Shown one piece after another: positions 26,141-40,000 of a stretch of DNA of 64,000 nucleotides. The position numbers and the translations under genes were made by a program. The notes below the pieces were generated by a model, which saw only the letters and a list, made by a program, of their open reading frames with translations, did no database searches and was not told the DNA's origin. Each line of letters starts with the position of its first letter. Within the stretch, counting starts at the first letter, position 1. This stretch comes from Lytechinus pictus (Eukaryota), in contig NC_087246.1 of the NCBI RefSeq assembly GCF_037042905.1, forward strand, positions 66,030,001 to 66,094,000, in the 5' to 3' direction.

Positions 26141-27230
26141 TATTTGGATTCCCCAACTTTCCTGACGAGTACTGTATTGCAAACTATTACGAATACTTGT
26201 TTGCAATATCAAAATCAATTTTCGAATTCATTTCCTTATATACGGAAAAATATTTTCGGAAAAGTTCAACTCACATTTTTTTATCAGTGGGTCGATTTTA
26301 TACAGGAGCCATGTGGTAATTTGTTTGCTATCTTTTCTGAATAAAAAAAAGAACTTCAGTGATACCATCTTAAAACCACGTGCAAAGGCTTACTGTTGTC
26401 TGTTTGACCAATGGTAACGACTGTTTGTGGAAAAAAAAAGATAGCAAAGAAATCTTGAACATGTTCAAAATTTCTTTGCGACAAGAAAAACTGTTGCAGC
26501 AACGAAAACAGTTTACGAACTTCCCTGCAACCTTTAACAAACTTTTTGTAACATTTTACGAACCCCGGCGAAACATCAAATTCGTTAAGCTTGCAAGCAT
26601 TCGCGCTCATTGATATACGACTTTTCTTAAACCACTTTCTCGCTACAATCCAGGTGTGTGAGTGATTATAACAAAAAGAACTGACAAAAGCTGAAGACTG
26701 ATAATAAGAAAGTTGGGTGCTTGTCCTCGATGATTAACTATGCATTAAAAGAAAATGTGATGAATGAATATTTATGCAATGTCAACTAGAACCAAGATTT
26801 CAGCTATGGAAGAATGATGGTTCGGCAACAATAGTCTCGTGAATGTCTCATGCATCTACCTATTTTAATTGGAACATCTTTTATGTGTACCCAGAATAGA
26901 TGAATAGATCTAGACCATGCAGGCTGTATCGTGACTTTTAAGCTTGAATAACATGTGACTTACTCTCCACGTTACAAAGCCGATTTTGTTTATCTGCAAA
27001 GCATGAAGATATTATGAAGGTTTATATATTCATTATATTTTTCACAAACTGGGGGCACGGGAACGTTAAATTGCTATAAATCAGTGTCAGATGTAAATAT
27101 CATATTTTCACGTTTTTGTGTGCACGTTCACTGAATAGGTCGTGGGAAGAACCTACCCCCCCCCCTTGCTCCCAAGACCTTGTCAGTGATAGAACATTTA
27201 CACTGTAAAACATATTTAGTAAAGTTTTTG

Positions 27231-28694
27231 GAGCGTTGTTGGAGCGGTCGTGGAGCGGTAGGGAGAGAGGGTCGAATTTCGACAACGCTCGTCACCGCTC
27301 ACAAAATTTGGGAAAAAATCGAAAACATGGGCGTTGCCTTAGCGGTGCACCGCTCAAGCCAGCGTAGCTTTAGCGTTGGTTTAACGGTGGCGAGCGGTCG
27401 CGAGCGTTGGTTTAGCGGTGACTCGAGCGTTGATAGAGCGGAGTTCTGCGCATGCGGGCGTCGCACAGTGGGCCAGAATGAGTTGAAAGTGCGCCAAAAT
27501 TATTTTCCGTGTTATATTTTTACTTTAACATGTAGATTAAGGGTAATTTTTGGCGTAGAATCGACTGAACATAATTTAAAGCCCATATGACGTCACTTTG
27601 ATACCAAATTTTGATTGGCTGCTTAAAACCTATCTGTGAAAAGAAAAATTACGCTAAACAATGTGAAGTATATAAACTTTTTGTTATGTGCTACTTTAAG
27701 ATTGATCAGAGTGAATGTTGGTTTATGCTTCTCACATGCCTAACAAGTGTGTATGAGATCCTGAAAATAGTTTTATGGCATCAAAATGATCATTAGATTT
27801 AAAAAATACTTTAAAATCTGAAAAATATTAACCTTGCTTTATCAAGCTGTGTAGACTTGGTTAAAACGCAGAGTATATAACACAACGAATGTTTTACTAT
27901 GATGAGGGTTTTAGGCTGAAATTATTCTACAAGTAACTTTTATCTCTGGAAGAGGGCTGGGTAGCCCTTATATGCGTTATCAACCTTCATTTTGTTTACA
28001 TCATACCCGGAATTTCATGGAATGGAAGGGGAATCGTCCCCGCCGTGCAAAATTGCAAAAATGATCGGCAATGTACACCCCAAACGGTGCGCTGCGATGA
28101 CTGCACGGTATAAAAATTACCGTTTTTTAACAGGTTTTTGGGGTGATGTCTCAAGTAAAACCGTTCCAGCAATCCCGGTTGTCCAGCGCTCAAGATTTCT
28201 GCGTTGGCCTAGCGGACCCAAGCGTTCACGAACTTTCGTCTAGCGGTGCCAAACTTTGACTGGGCGTTGTTAGAGCGGTAGTCAACTTTGCTGGAGCGAA
28301 AAATTGCCCGCTCCTCACCACTCGCAATATTTTGAGCAGCTCAAAACTTTCGGAGCGGTAGGAGGGACCATCAGCGGTGGCCGAGCGTATTCGGCGTTGC
28401 CTTAACGGAGGCCAACTTTGGTTAAACGGTGGTGAACGGTAGCGAGCGGTGATGATTTTTTCTCTCCGCTCCATGACCGCTCCAACAACGCTCGGGCGGT
28501 GTGACCAGGCCTTTAAACGGTGGTGAACGGTAGCGAGCGGTGATGATTTTTTCTCTCCGCTCCACGACCGCTCCAACAACGCTCGGGCGGTGTGACCAGG
28601 CCTTTAAACGGTGGTGAACGGTAGCGAGCGGTGATTATTTTTTCTCACCGCTCCACGACCGCTCCAACAACGCTCGGGCGGTGTAACCAGGCCT
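27231..28694. mobile_element. Harbinger-like non-autonomous element, left end truncated, right end triplicated, with nested insertion
   Basis: gagcgttgttggagcggtcgtggagcgg at 27231 is the reverse complement of the right subterminal ccgctccacgaccgctccaacaacgctc; terminus GGTGTGACCAGGCCT. Confidence 0.65.
27464..27960 (+). mobile_element. Truncated Transib-like element end (CACAGTG terminus preceded by CGTCG)
   Basis: Abrupt GC-to-AT switch at cgtcg|CACAGTGG inside the Harbinger-like element; no matching right end found, so the end coordinate is approximate. Confidence 0.45.
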
Positions 28695-31055
28695 GAATGC
28701 AGAAAGCCGGGAAGCATATTGTCCAGTAAGGTTAAAAATAAGCAGCAATTACGTTAGAATGGGCAAAATTTTCATCACACTGGATAAATAAAAATGCCCT
28801 AAAGATATGCCCAATGTTGGTTGTATACATAATTACCCTCAGCATTAGGTGGTAATTACCCTGGAAAATTTTACCCAATATTTTTTAGAGTGCAGAATGG
28901 TAATAGGGTTCTGAAATTCAAGTTTGAAGGGTAATACATTTCTTAGTGTGTGCCATCATAATATGTGAATATAGAATCATTGGAAAGCATGATTATTCAT
29001 GTATCATTAGTAATGCTAACGCTATCATGGAATGCACAGACTTGATAAATAAGCAGTAATGTCATACCTTAAATGTTGCAAATTTGTTGTTTCTAATAGT
29101 GAATTTTCAATTGTTTCGAGGATGGACTGAGTTTGAAATGATATTGATGTACTGATGCGTGAAAGTCCACACATGGTGTATTCTCATGGTAACGGATTGA
29201 ATGTGTTTGGAATAATGTTGAACCCTTTCATTAAGATGTTGAATTTTCAAAAGATGAGAATGTTGTTTTTGTCGTTGATCATTTTAAATTTATGAAGCTT
29301 TCACTTCAAGCAAACAAGAAATCACGCAAACAGTTGATACACATCTCTTCAAAAACACAAACCACACCTTTCAACCTTAATGACACACTAATGAAGACAC
29401 ACAATCATTCATTACTACCTGTGTCGAGGGAAAATTCTAATGAAATGGAGACAGGATAGAGAAAACATTGCATTCTCAAAATTTCACTTCTGACGTTGCC
29501 CTTTATTCAGGGTAATAGCACAATTCATAATTAAATAATCATAACAAATGGAAAGTCATTTGTAAAGAGAAATAATGAAGCTTTCCAATGACATCAGTTT
29601 CGCCTTTAATACTTCAGTGACACAAAAATATATATCATCCCTCTAACTTGAATTGCAGAACTTTTTTGAGGGGTTTCTTAAAGCATCTAATACATTGTTA
29701 GATAAATAAAAGCGTGAGCATACAAACATATGATGAAATGATCGCCACTGCCCCCTAATTATGTGTATTTTAATGAGAACAGGTATTTTGACAATAGACC
29801 AGTTCGTAGTTACTTCGTGAACAATTTTGTTCAAATTACCTTTCATTTATTTCATTGTGATATGCAGATGTCAAAGCAATGTATTACGTAAGCATGTCTA
29901 ACATAGCAGGATGAAGAAATTGAATAGACCAAATGACTAGAATAGCACACCAATGAACTCTCTATTTGTTGCAATTCTACTTTGAATGCATATTTATAGC
30001 ATGTTGTATAATGTACAGGTAAACTGTGAAATACCAGTCGTTCGTGGACGCATTGTTGTTTTTGTGGATGTAAATGAAAAACACAATTGAAAAGAATATA
30101 TGAATAACCAAGACATCATTTAAAATTTTAAACCACCATGTCACTTCAGTACAAATGACTTTCCTCTGATCGTGCGCAAAATGGAAAGTACGAACTGGCT
30201 TATAGCGACTGTCAAGACGTATCTGATCATTTACAAAGGAACGGTTTCCTGATCTGGAATTTTGTTGGCTGATGTCCGATTTCAGAATTATGCCTTTCAA
30301 TCAACATATTCAGATTTGGGAAGAAAGATGGAGAAGCAGACGACTTTTTTAATATCAAAGTCTATCTTTACTTTGGTAACCCCCTCCCCCAAGTGCATGC
30401 CACCATTCCATTTCTAGATCATATTGATTCTTTATTCCATAAATCTACAAATTTTACATCAAATTTTAATTCGAGCGAGGAGCGAGCTGAAATTTTTGAT
30501 GTACTGTCACTGGCCCGAAAGAGAACCTTTTATTTCTGTTAAACACTAAGGAATATTGTTTTTAAAAAATAGATCTACAAAGTAAATGACTCGAGCGCCT
30601 AGCGCGAACAAAATTTTCGGGCGGTTTAGCATTTAGTTTCTAGGCCCATTGTGTATGAGCACTTTTTGTAATCATGAACAGATGCATATCTCTTTAAAAC
30701 AAAATAATGAAATGTGGAATTGCAAGCAGAATAGTCTGTGCACATCTTCTAGTTTTGTTGTTGTCGTTCTTCTTATTCCCCTTCTTCTTCTTCCCCTTTT
30801 AATAATACTTTAAATATATATATTCAAAAATGTGCAAGACGGTGAAGCGAGTGAATCAAACGTGCATGATCTGCCCTTTGTACCCCTTTCTATATGAATG
30901 CATTTTGTGAACCAACGTTGGCGGGATGTATCACTCGCTTAAAACTAACCTAGATTTATTTTGATTCTGTCAAATTTCATCATTAGCTAAAATTTTACTT
31001 TCACTCTAACAAAGAACTTTCGCACCAGCATATTCTAATCAAAGGGAAACGCATA

Positions 31056-34000
31056 ATGGCGGGAAGGTAAGAATGCCTCCTAATTTTGTATTATTGTTAT
31101 TATATTTCTGCATTAATTTTTCTTAGATAACATGTTGCGATTGATAGTATCATAAAGCAGGTTTGGTAATCAACCTCCATGCACTCTTCTCGTAATAATA
31201 TTTGTATCTTGTATTCCTGTATCGATCGTGCTTGTCAAATAAACTTTTGCGTTTAATAATGTTACTATTATGCTGAATTATGTTTATTAACTGTCTTCGT
31301 AATCATACGCTCTTTTTAAAACCCTTTTCATGTTTTATTTCTCATTTTGATTACCAATATCACGCACAAAAAGGAAGATCAGTGATTTATTTTATGTGAA
31401 CTCTGAATCAACATTTCAAGTAGGAGTATAGCGTCATTGAGGGTGCTGTTACAGATGGGGAGCTGGAGCGGCGGGGGTGCCTCTGGACCACCTAGTTCCA
31501 CGACGAACAAAAATTGAGAAAGGGAAATCAAATAAGATATCATTTGTTAGATTATTTGTTAGATATTATGTCAAAGTTGTTTTTAGAATTGTTCCCACAT
31601 ATTACGCCAAGTTTTGTTCCCCCAAGTAGTTGTAAACATAATACACATTATTGGCAATCACCGCTCTTTAAATAACATAATTATTCCCAGACATAAAATC
31701 ACATTTGGTTTGGTGTGGAAGTTCTGAACAATCGATAGGAAATTAGTACTTATTAATTACAGAGCACCTTCAACGTGAAATAAATTGAAAAAAGAATCGA
31801 AAAATCTTGATAATCAATTTCTATTTTAAAAGACAATGATTATAAATCATCTCTTATCTATCAATCATTCACTCATGAGGCAATGTTAAAATACGAACTT
31901 ACTGTTGCCCTTTTGTGTTTTATTTTGTTTAGGCCTAGTTTTTTAGTTGTATGAAAATGTATTTATTTCATATTCAGGGAACTAAGGCTTTGATATGCAT
32001 TTGGCCTTAGCTGGTCCCAAATCTAATTATTAATTTTATATCTATTAATATATTTGAAGAGTATAGAAGTAATGTAATTAATGTTTTAACATGATACCAA
32101 TTTTGCGAAAAATTAGGAGGCGACGGCTACCCCCTCCCATAAAAACACCACCAAACGCGAGACTATGATTGGTTTTTCAAGACACAATTCTTATCTTAAA
32201 TGAGAAATGATTTTCACTAGACAGTATAATATACAGATCGCACTGACTAGAAACAAAACAAAAATCTAAATCATTGGATTTTAAACTTATATCGAATCGT
32301 TTAAATGATATCAACCTAAACTTCTTCAATAAATCACCGTAAACTTCTATTGTAATCGTTAAAAAAGATATAACATTCCTTAGTATATTCAGTATTGTCA
32401 TGTAGCGAAGCTAACTATTGCTTATATGATGCATTTTTCAAATTCTTCCAGCTAATTTAGCGTCATCTTCTGATGGCCTCCACTATTGTTTTCGATTGTC
32501 ACTTTTGACTTTTGTTTGCGGAAATATACTGGATAGTAATTTCCTTGCTGGAAAGGACATAGCCTCAAACAGTGTGATCACAGCTTGGTGGATTATGTTA
32601 AATTCACAGCTTGACTACCTCTTTGGTGTGGATGTTCACAGTGTGTTGCCAGAGTGAATATGTGATTCACATGCACTTTTGAAATGCTTACATTAAATGT
32701 GAAGATGATTTTACATTGTGTTCCACACTGTCATCACACTGTCGCACACACTTGTGAGAAACTGTATTCTTTCCAGTAGGGTTTGCTCAATGGCACGTAC
32801 TATTTTTTCTCAAACTGATTAAAGTTCAAGTTTATTGCTTTTGAACTTTCCCAATTAAACCCAGTGTAAATAGTGATACAACCAAAACACCTTGACCGTG
32901 CCTAGTCCCTTTCCGATGATATATATAATCACCATCCATGATTTACAGCCCACATCGGAAATGGAAACAATTTAGAATTCAAAAGGTACAGTGGGCAGGG
33001 ATGGAAAACATATTTACTTAAAGTTTTTGTTTGTACAAATTAGTCAAAATCGATCACAACAGTAATAACAAAATAATTACCGATAATTTATTTTTCAACC
33101 GATACCAACATTGGAAAATTCAGATACAATTTTCCCCTAAGCTGCTTTAAATCTATAGTATATGAATTTACGAAGTTAAACATCGGGTAAATTCATAGGA
33201 AAAGAATAACAAAAGTAATCACGGAAGTGTATCTTAAAGTTCTGAATTGTGTTATGAAACCGTGAGCTTGGAACCAGTGCCGATATGATCATAAGCTGAC
33301 TTTGCCATTATAATTTATTTAATTCAATATATCATTGTTCATGTGCAGGACTATATCAAAACTTCTGTTTCTTGAATACAGGGGTGGATCAATGATCTGA
33401 GCAAAGAAAAAAAAGGTTTTCACCAAAAAAAATTAAGTTCATTTTCGTCCACGAAAAATTTGACAAGCCAAAAAAAAATTGAATACATGATTTCCCCTCC
33501 CACTTTAGATTTTAGAAGAATGATACTAATTGGGTTTTTTTTGTACAGCTTTATCTACAAAACATCTTTACTGAACAGAATGATACCAAGATCGACATAA
33601 CTTCATGCGTTTTTTTTTTAATTTCCATCATGTTCCCTTATTATGATACAGTTCATTCGCTTGTAGCGGGAAGAGAATACTATAAAATAAATACATTTTA
33701 AATGAAGATAGATATCCCCTGCGTTACTGATTTACTTTAAATCCATGGGTGATATTCTGATAGCCATGGTTTAGTCAAACCTGGGTTAACTTAGACCATA
33801 CTTTTATGGAGTGACAGATTTACCAAGTAAAATCATTCTTATCCTGCAGAAGAAAGTTGTTAAAAGATTAATCGAGTCATAAAACGGGCAGAATAGGAAA
33901 ATACAAAAAATATGATGAATTTCAATGAATTAGTTGGTAAATTTTAATCGCTACCAATATTGAAGAAATATTATGAAGACAGCTTTCCGTAGCAATGTGG

Positions 34001-37000
34001 TTTAAACTTCTCGTTTAGACTATACTAGGATTAAACCTATAGGTTTTATTATCAGAATACCCCAGTGTTTTTTTTTCTCTCTCTCCAGCTGCGAGAATGA
34101 TGTCGCTATCAAGCACGAAGAGAAAGGTTCTGATTCGAGCGGCAAAAAAGTGTTCATCCCACGACATATAGGTTTACTTGGCGTCATCGCCCATACGGTA
34201 AGGATTCATTCAGGTCCTTGTGTTATCCCATTGTAACCTGTTTACATTATCGTAGGGTTGCCCTAGGTTGATTGTACCCAGCTAATCGTACGATGATACG
34301 ATCGCCGTAGGGTTGCGTACGATGATCGTAAGAATTTCGTACTGATTCGTGCTCAGTAGGTCGGATCTATGAATTTATCTTATTTTATTTTTCTGGCGCG
34401 AAGGTTTTTTTTTTATCATAATATTGCAGCCTGTATGTGGGCATACGATCAGCATAGAAACATTACACCACAATTTAGGGGCGTCGGTCAGCGCAAAGGC
34501 GTCGAATAATGTACCGACGTACCATCCGCGCAGGAACATTGTATGATCTCCATAAAGCCTCCATAATTTTATGCATGGATTTTACAACTTTGACCCTCTA
34601 CAATACCGAATTTAAGAAATCGCAGTATATAATGTAAACTAAAAAATAATGTAACCAACTGCGATGCCACAAAAACCCAAAACAAACAAATCCGTAGACT
34701 CATCCATCGTAGGATGATCCTAGCAAATATAAATGAGGCATTATGATCCTGTCTACATTGCCGTTTGAATAACGAATGCGTAATTATTGAACTTTTTAAT
34801 TGGAACTTCAGATGGTTGGCAGATACTTATTTTCTGTTATCCGTGAAATTGAGAGAAAATACAGAATTAAAGGTGTCCTCACACTATAGCAGCGGTTGAG
34901 TGTTGGTAACGGTGGTCAATTAAAAGACTCAATAGACCATTCTAGACAGCAGTCATCGTAAACCGTATGAGGGCAAAGATGATGATGATGGTGTGGTGGT
35001 GATGGTGGTGGTGGTGGAGATGATGATGGTAATGATGATGATGATGATGATGATGACGACAACGATGATGGTAGTAGTGGGGATGAGGATGAGGTAATGA
35101 TGTTTAAGATGTGATGGGGTTGACAATGATGAAAGTGATGATGTTGACGACGATAATGACGATGCAGATGGTAGTGGTGATGATGTTGATTATGATGATG
35201 ATGATTACGATGATGATAATGATGATGATTACGATGATGGTAATGATGCTGCTGCTGCTGATAATGGTGATGGCGGTGGTAGAGACGAGTATATATCTTC
35301 GAACAATTCTTGCCACATAACACCAAATAACATTATATTTTACACTCTCTGTTACTCCTGTCGGTCGATACCTTCATACATGATGTAGGTTGGAGCTGTC
35401 ATAGGGACTGGTATCTTCATCTCTCCAACGGGTGTGTTGCGAGGAGCAGGAGGGTCGGTCGGTCTTGCTTTCATCTTCTGGATCGTTTGTGGCATCATCC
35501 AAACCTGCGGATGCTTCATATACACAGAACTGGCGCTGATGTTCCGCAAATCAGGGGGTAAGACAACTCCACATCCAGAACTATACGGGAACTGGGTCAT
35601 CATCATGATCATTCAAACAAAAAAATGTACTGTGATCTGCCATACTAGTCATGCTAGCAATAGATATAATCTAGTATGGCTATCAGTTATTTACTGCTGG
35701 AAAATTATATAGTAGCTTGCTGTAAAGTAATAATTACAGTATATTACTGTGTAGCAGAGCGGTTGTCTGATTTATTTCATAATTTATACACTTGCCATTT
35801 CCCCTATTTTAGATTATTTTCTGCTACCGATTCTTATGATTTGTTTGTATTGCAAAATTTGTGTTTCCGTGTATATGTCTAAAACATGCTCAAGATAATA
35901 TTAATCATACTTGCTAATGGAGCGCCTTACACACTATTTAAAAAGAAAGTGTAGAAAGGGGTAAACAACCTTAAACAAGGGCCAAGAAGTGACAGCGTTT
36001 TCAATGAGGATGGAGAACGCTGTCACTCCTCGGCCATTCTCCACTCTTTCCCACCCGGCCTTTTCGCCGTTCGTGTTTTCAGGGTGCAGTTATACTTCAT
36101 CATGAGTCTACAAGCACTCTTCAATAAGACAGCCATGGTTCATTATGTATTAAGACAAATAGTATCTATTTCTCTCTTTTTTTGGCAGGTGAATTTACTT
36201 TCATGTTAGAGGGATGGGGGCGAGCTGTCGGTTTCTTAAAGCTCTGGACCATTGTGATGGTTAATGCGTCCTCTGTGGCGATTCAGGCACACGTCGTTTC
36301 TCAATATCTCCTGACGCCATTCTTTCAGTGTGTCGATCCACCGGTTATTAGTTTACGATTCATCAGTTTTTGCGCCATTCGTAAGTAAAAAAAAAAAAAA
36401 GAAGAAGCTTTTTCCACTTAGATTTCACAACCTATTCAACTAGCATAAATATGAGGACACTGCCTGCGGCGTCCCCCCCCAAAAAAAAAAAAATCACTCA
36501 TGACAATTATTTTATACATTTCGCCCCATTATCAGATGCCATGGAACGGTTTTGAAAGTGGGGGATGAGCCGAAAGTGGGTGGGGGCTGACCATGCAAAA
36601 ATTCACAATCAGAAGGTAATTGTACGTTTTGTATGCGGTTTTGGAACAAAATAAATTTTGTCAGTGAAAAATTAACACTTTAACGGTTTACAGTCCTGTA
36701 TAACTTCATAAATTCGATCGTTTTAATAAGAATTCTGTATATCTCCAGTGTCATTAAAATAAAGAAAACAAATAGATAAAGAAATAAATAAAGAAATAAA
36801 TAGATAAAAAAATAAACTTTAATATATGGATGAGATATAAAACAAATATACCGGGCGTTTCTTTCGAAAGTGTAGTGGAAATATTTTATCCTCGGTTGGT
36901 CCGGCAATGTTACTATTTTCCATCTGGGCTCACCCCCCTCGGGAAAAATAGTAATTGCCGAACCAACCTCGGATAATAATATTTCCACTTTACTTTCTCA

Positions 37001-40000
37001 AACCCGGTATATTTGTATAATATGTGAAGTGAAATTTAAACTAGATTTTAATTCGTCATGCGGACGAATTAGGTGGTCTGTCCTTATTCTCGCCATCATG
37101 ATCACCATTACCATGTTCCAGCAGATCAATATGATCTTCATGATGACAACGGAATGTTCATTATGGATGGAATACTTGTGAAAGACGGGAGATGATAAAG
37201 CACTGTGAAAATGGTCTCTTTGATATATGACAATACATGTGATATGAAAAAAGTAATTATAGTCTGTTTTATCTTGCTAAATTTTAACTTTTATACCTTT
37301 TAATTAACATAAAGGATCATGTACGAGGTGGTAAAAAAGAAAAAAAAATGATAAAAAAATCATCTTGTTTACCCCAGGACTCGAACCTGCGCCCCCGAGA
37401 ACGCAAGTCAAGTGCGTTATCCATTGAGCCACGACATTCCCCATAGAGATTACACGTAAGCAAATTTGAGAATTGCAAATCCAATTTTGCAAGCGAAAAA
37501 CGGGCATGATCCCGGCATCTGATCAAAAAATGGAGGGCACACTTCCGAAAGCTTAGAATCTCAGCTACAACATTTTAAAAGCTCAGAGACAACTGACAAG
37601 AAAAAGTGGAGATATAGCTCACGAAACAGAGGAATGTAGAATCTAGTTTTGAGAAAAAGTCATGTCCCATAGAGACTACACGCAAAATGAGGAAAAATGA
37701 CATGCCTCTTTTGATCGCTATTTTACGCCATGATGCGTTTTTCAAAATGAAATTTCATGCCAATTCAGGAGAATGAGTACATTCTAAACTACAACATATC
37801 GAAAATTGGGCGAAAATTGACCAATATTCACGGAGTTAAAGCCTAATTTGCATAATTATTATGACGTCATAACAAGGAAAATTGATATTTTAACTTCCGA
37901 CGCCATTATGATGACGTCATGATCAAATTGAGGGACAATGGTGACATGAAATCAAATCTACAACTCATACTCTATCGATATATGAAAAAAAAATGGGGGT
38001 CAACGCACTATTTAAAGAGCTACAGTGAATTTTTAATAGGCATGTTTTTGCCCATATATGGCCTATAGTAAGAGCTCGCGCGCACACGTGCTGCAAACTT
38101 TAACGGGTGTTAATTTCGTTATTAATGGTCGTAGAAGGTTGATGAAGGTATCAAATTGCTCAGAATTATATTATCAATGCAATGATATAAAAAAAAACGG
38201 CGTTTCTGTGTTGCGTTGAAGGCGTTACGCGCGGAAACGCGCGCGCATACGTGTGCGTGCGCAAATTTTTGAAATGCTTAAAATGACCTAAAACGTACTC
38301 TACTTTGGTCAAAAAGTGATTTTGAGCAATTTAAAATTTTGACGAGCGCGTACGCGCGCGTCGTGACCACCAGGTGACCTTTGATGACATGAACTGTTGA
38401 CCCTTGACCTGAAATTAATGTGATGTAAATATTGGTAATTTTTGATAATTGATAATGGAGATATGATTGATAATGTGATTTTACAAAATGGCGTCTAGAT
38501 GACGTCATCATGACCTGATGACCTTGAAAATGTTATTTTCACGTCTTATGACAATCACCTTTGACTGTGCCAAAATTGAAAGAAATTAACAAAACCGATC
38601 TGGAGTTATCCTAGGAACAAAAAATTGGCGGAAATAAAAATAAATAATAATAATAATAATAATAATAATAAAGAAGAAAGAAAATTCTGACAAAACTAAT
38701 AGGTGATCTGTCGTTGACAGACCACCTAAAAAGTATGATAGTTGCTATCTGCTCTCTGAAATGTAATTAAGTTTAAGGCCAATTTGACACTGACAAAAAG
38801 CTGATTTGATTTTGAATAAACATCAAAAGATTAAACAAATTCAATGCTGAATATTTCGTCAAAATCAAGTGTAAAATTAAGTTACCGGATTTAAAAAAAG
38901 TCTTTAATGACGTAGAACTGAGATTACAGACCCCTTCTGATAATACATCAGTTGATGCATTCAGTAGTTTACAAACATTATCTTTACCCGAATGTGAATT
39001 TAAATCCAGTGAAATAAAAAAAGATTACGTTTCTAAGGCATTGTCAAACATTGATTGTTCAAATGCCGTTGATGTAGATGACACACATCCTAAGGCCTGC
39101 TGTTCCTTTTTTAGTAGAACCATTGGTATATATATGCATTATGATATTGTGAACATGTACCATTCCAAGAGATTTAAACGATTTAAAGACGGCAAGAATT
39201 ACTCAAATACATAAAGGAGGATGATGTCGATAATATTAGACCGATATCTGTTCTACCTGCCTTGTCTAAAATATTAGAAAGAACAATCCACAATCAACTT
39301 TATGAATACTTGAATGAAAATAAACTGCTAACGAATTCCCAGTCAGTTTTTTGTTAGACCTTTGCATTCTACTACTACATGTCTAAATGAAATTACAGGC
39401 TATCTGTAATGGATCAGGGGCGAATGATGGGAGGTATTTTCCTCAATTTACGTCAAGCGTTTGATGTTATACCACATATTACTTTCATTCTTGAAAAACT
39501 GAAGTATAATGTAATTGAGGGTAACGAACATGATTGGATGAAAGCATATTTTACATACAGGAGACAGTTTGTCGTAATAAATAAGTGTATCAGTAAAATT
39601 AGTTCAGGCGTCCCACAGGGATCCATATTGGTTCCATTAATATTTTGTATTTTTATCAATGCTATATGTAACTTGAAATGAATGTTAATTCTAAAATGTG
39701 TCTTTATGCAGATACTGCTTTTTTGTAATGATGTATTATCTAAAAACAAAAATCTGCGAAGTGATTTTGATGTTATATGTAACTGGCTCAACCTTAACGG
39801 TATGCATTTGCATAAAAAATGCAAAAGTCATGATTCATCCCCGATGAATGGAAACATGCTAAAGTCACTCCAATTCACAAGGGGGGGGGGGCATAACTAT
39901 AGACCTATATCTGTTATCCCTGTGGTTATGAAAATATTTGAAAGACTAGTTCATACCCAGGTTCCAGACTACTTTTTTGGAACATGATTTACTAGCTAGT

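Noticed and set aside
27180-28579. GC-rich ORFs (136, 83, 117 aa)
   Set aside because: Open frames within repetitive subterminal motifs of a non-autonomous transposon; no transposase motif.
34916-35326. His/Ser/Met/Ile-rich ORFs (also 14265-14676 and 48308-48697)
   Set aside because: Translations of trinucleotide microsatellites.
37371-37438. Functional tRNA gene
   Set aside because: Acceptor and anticodon stems do not pair properly; embedded in a transposon.
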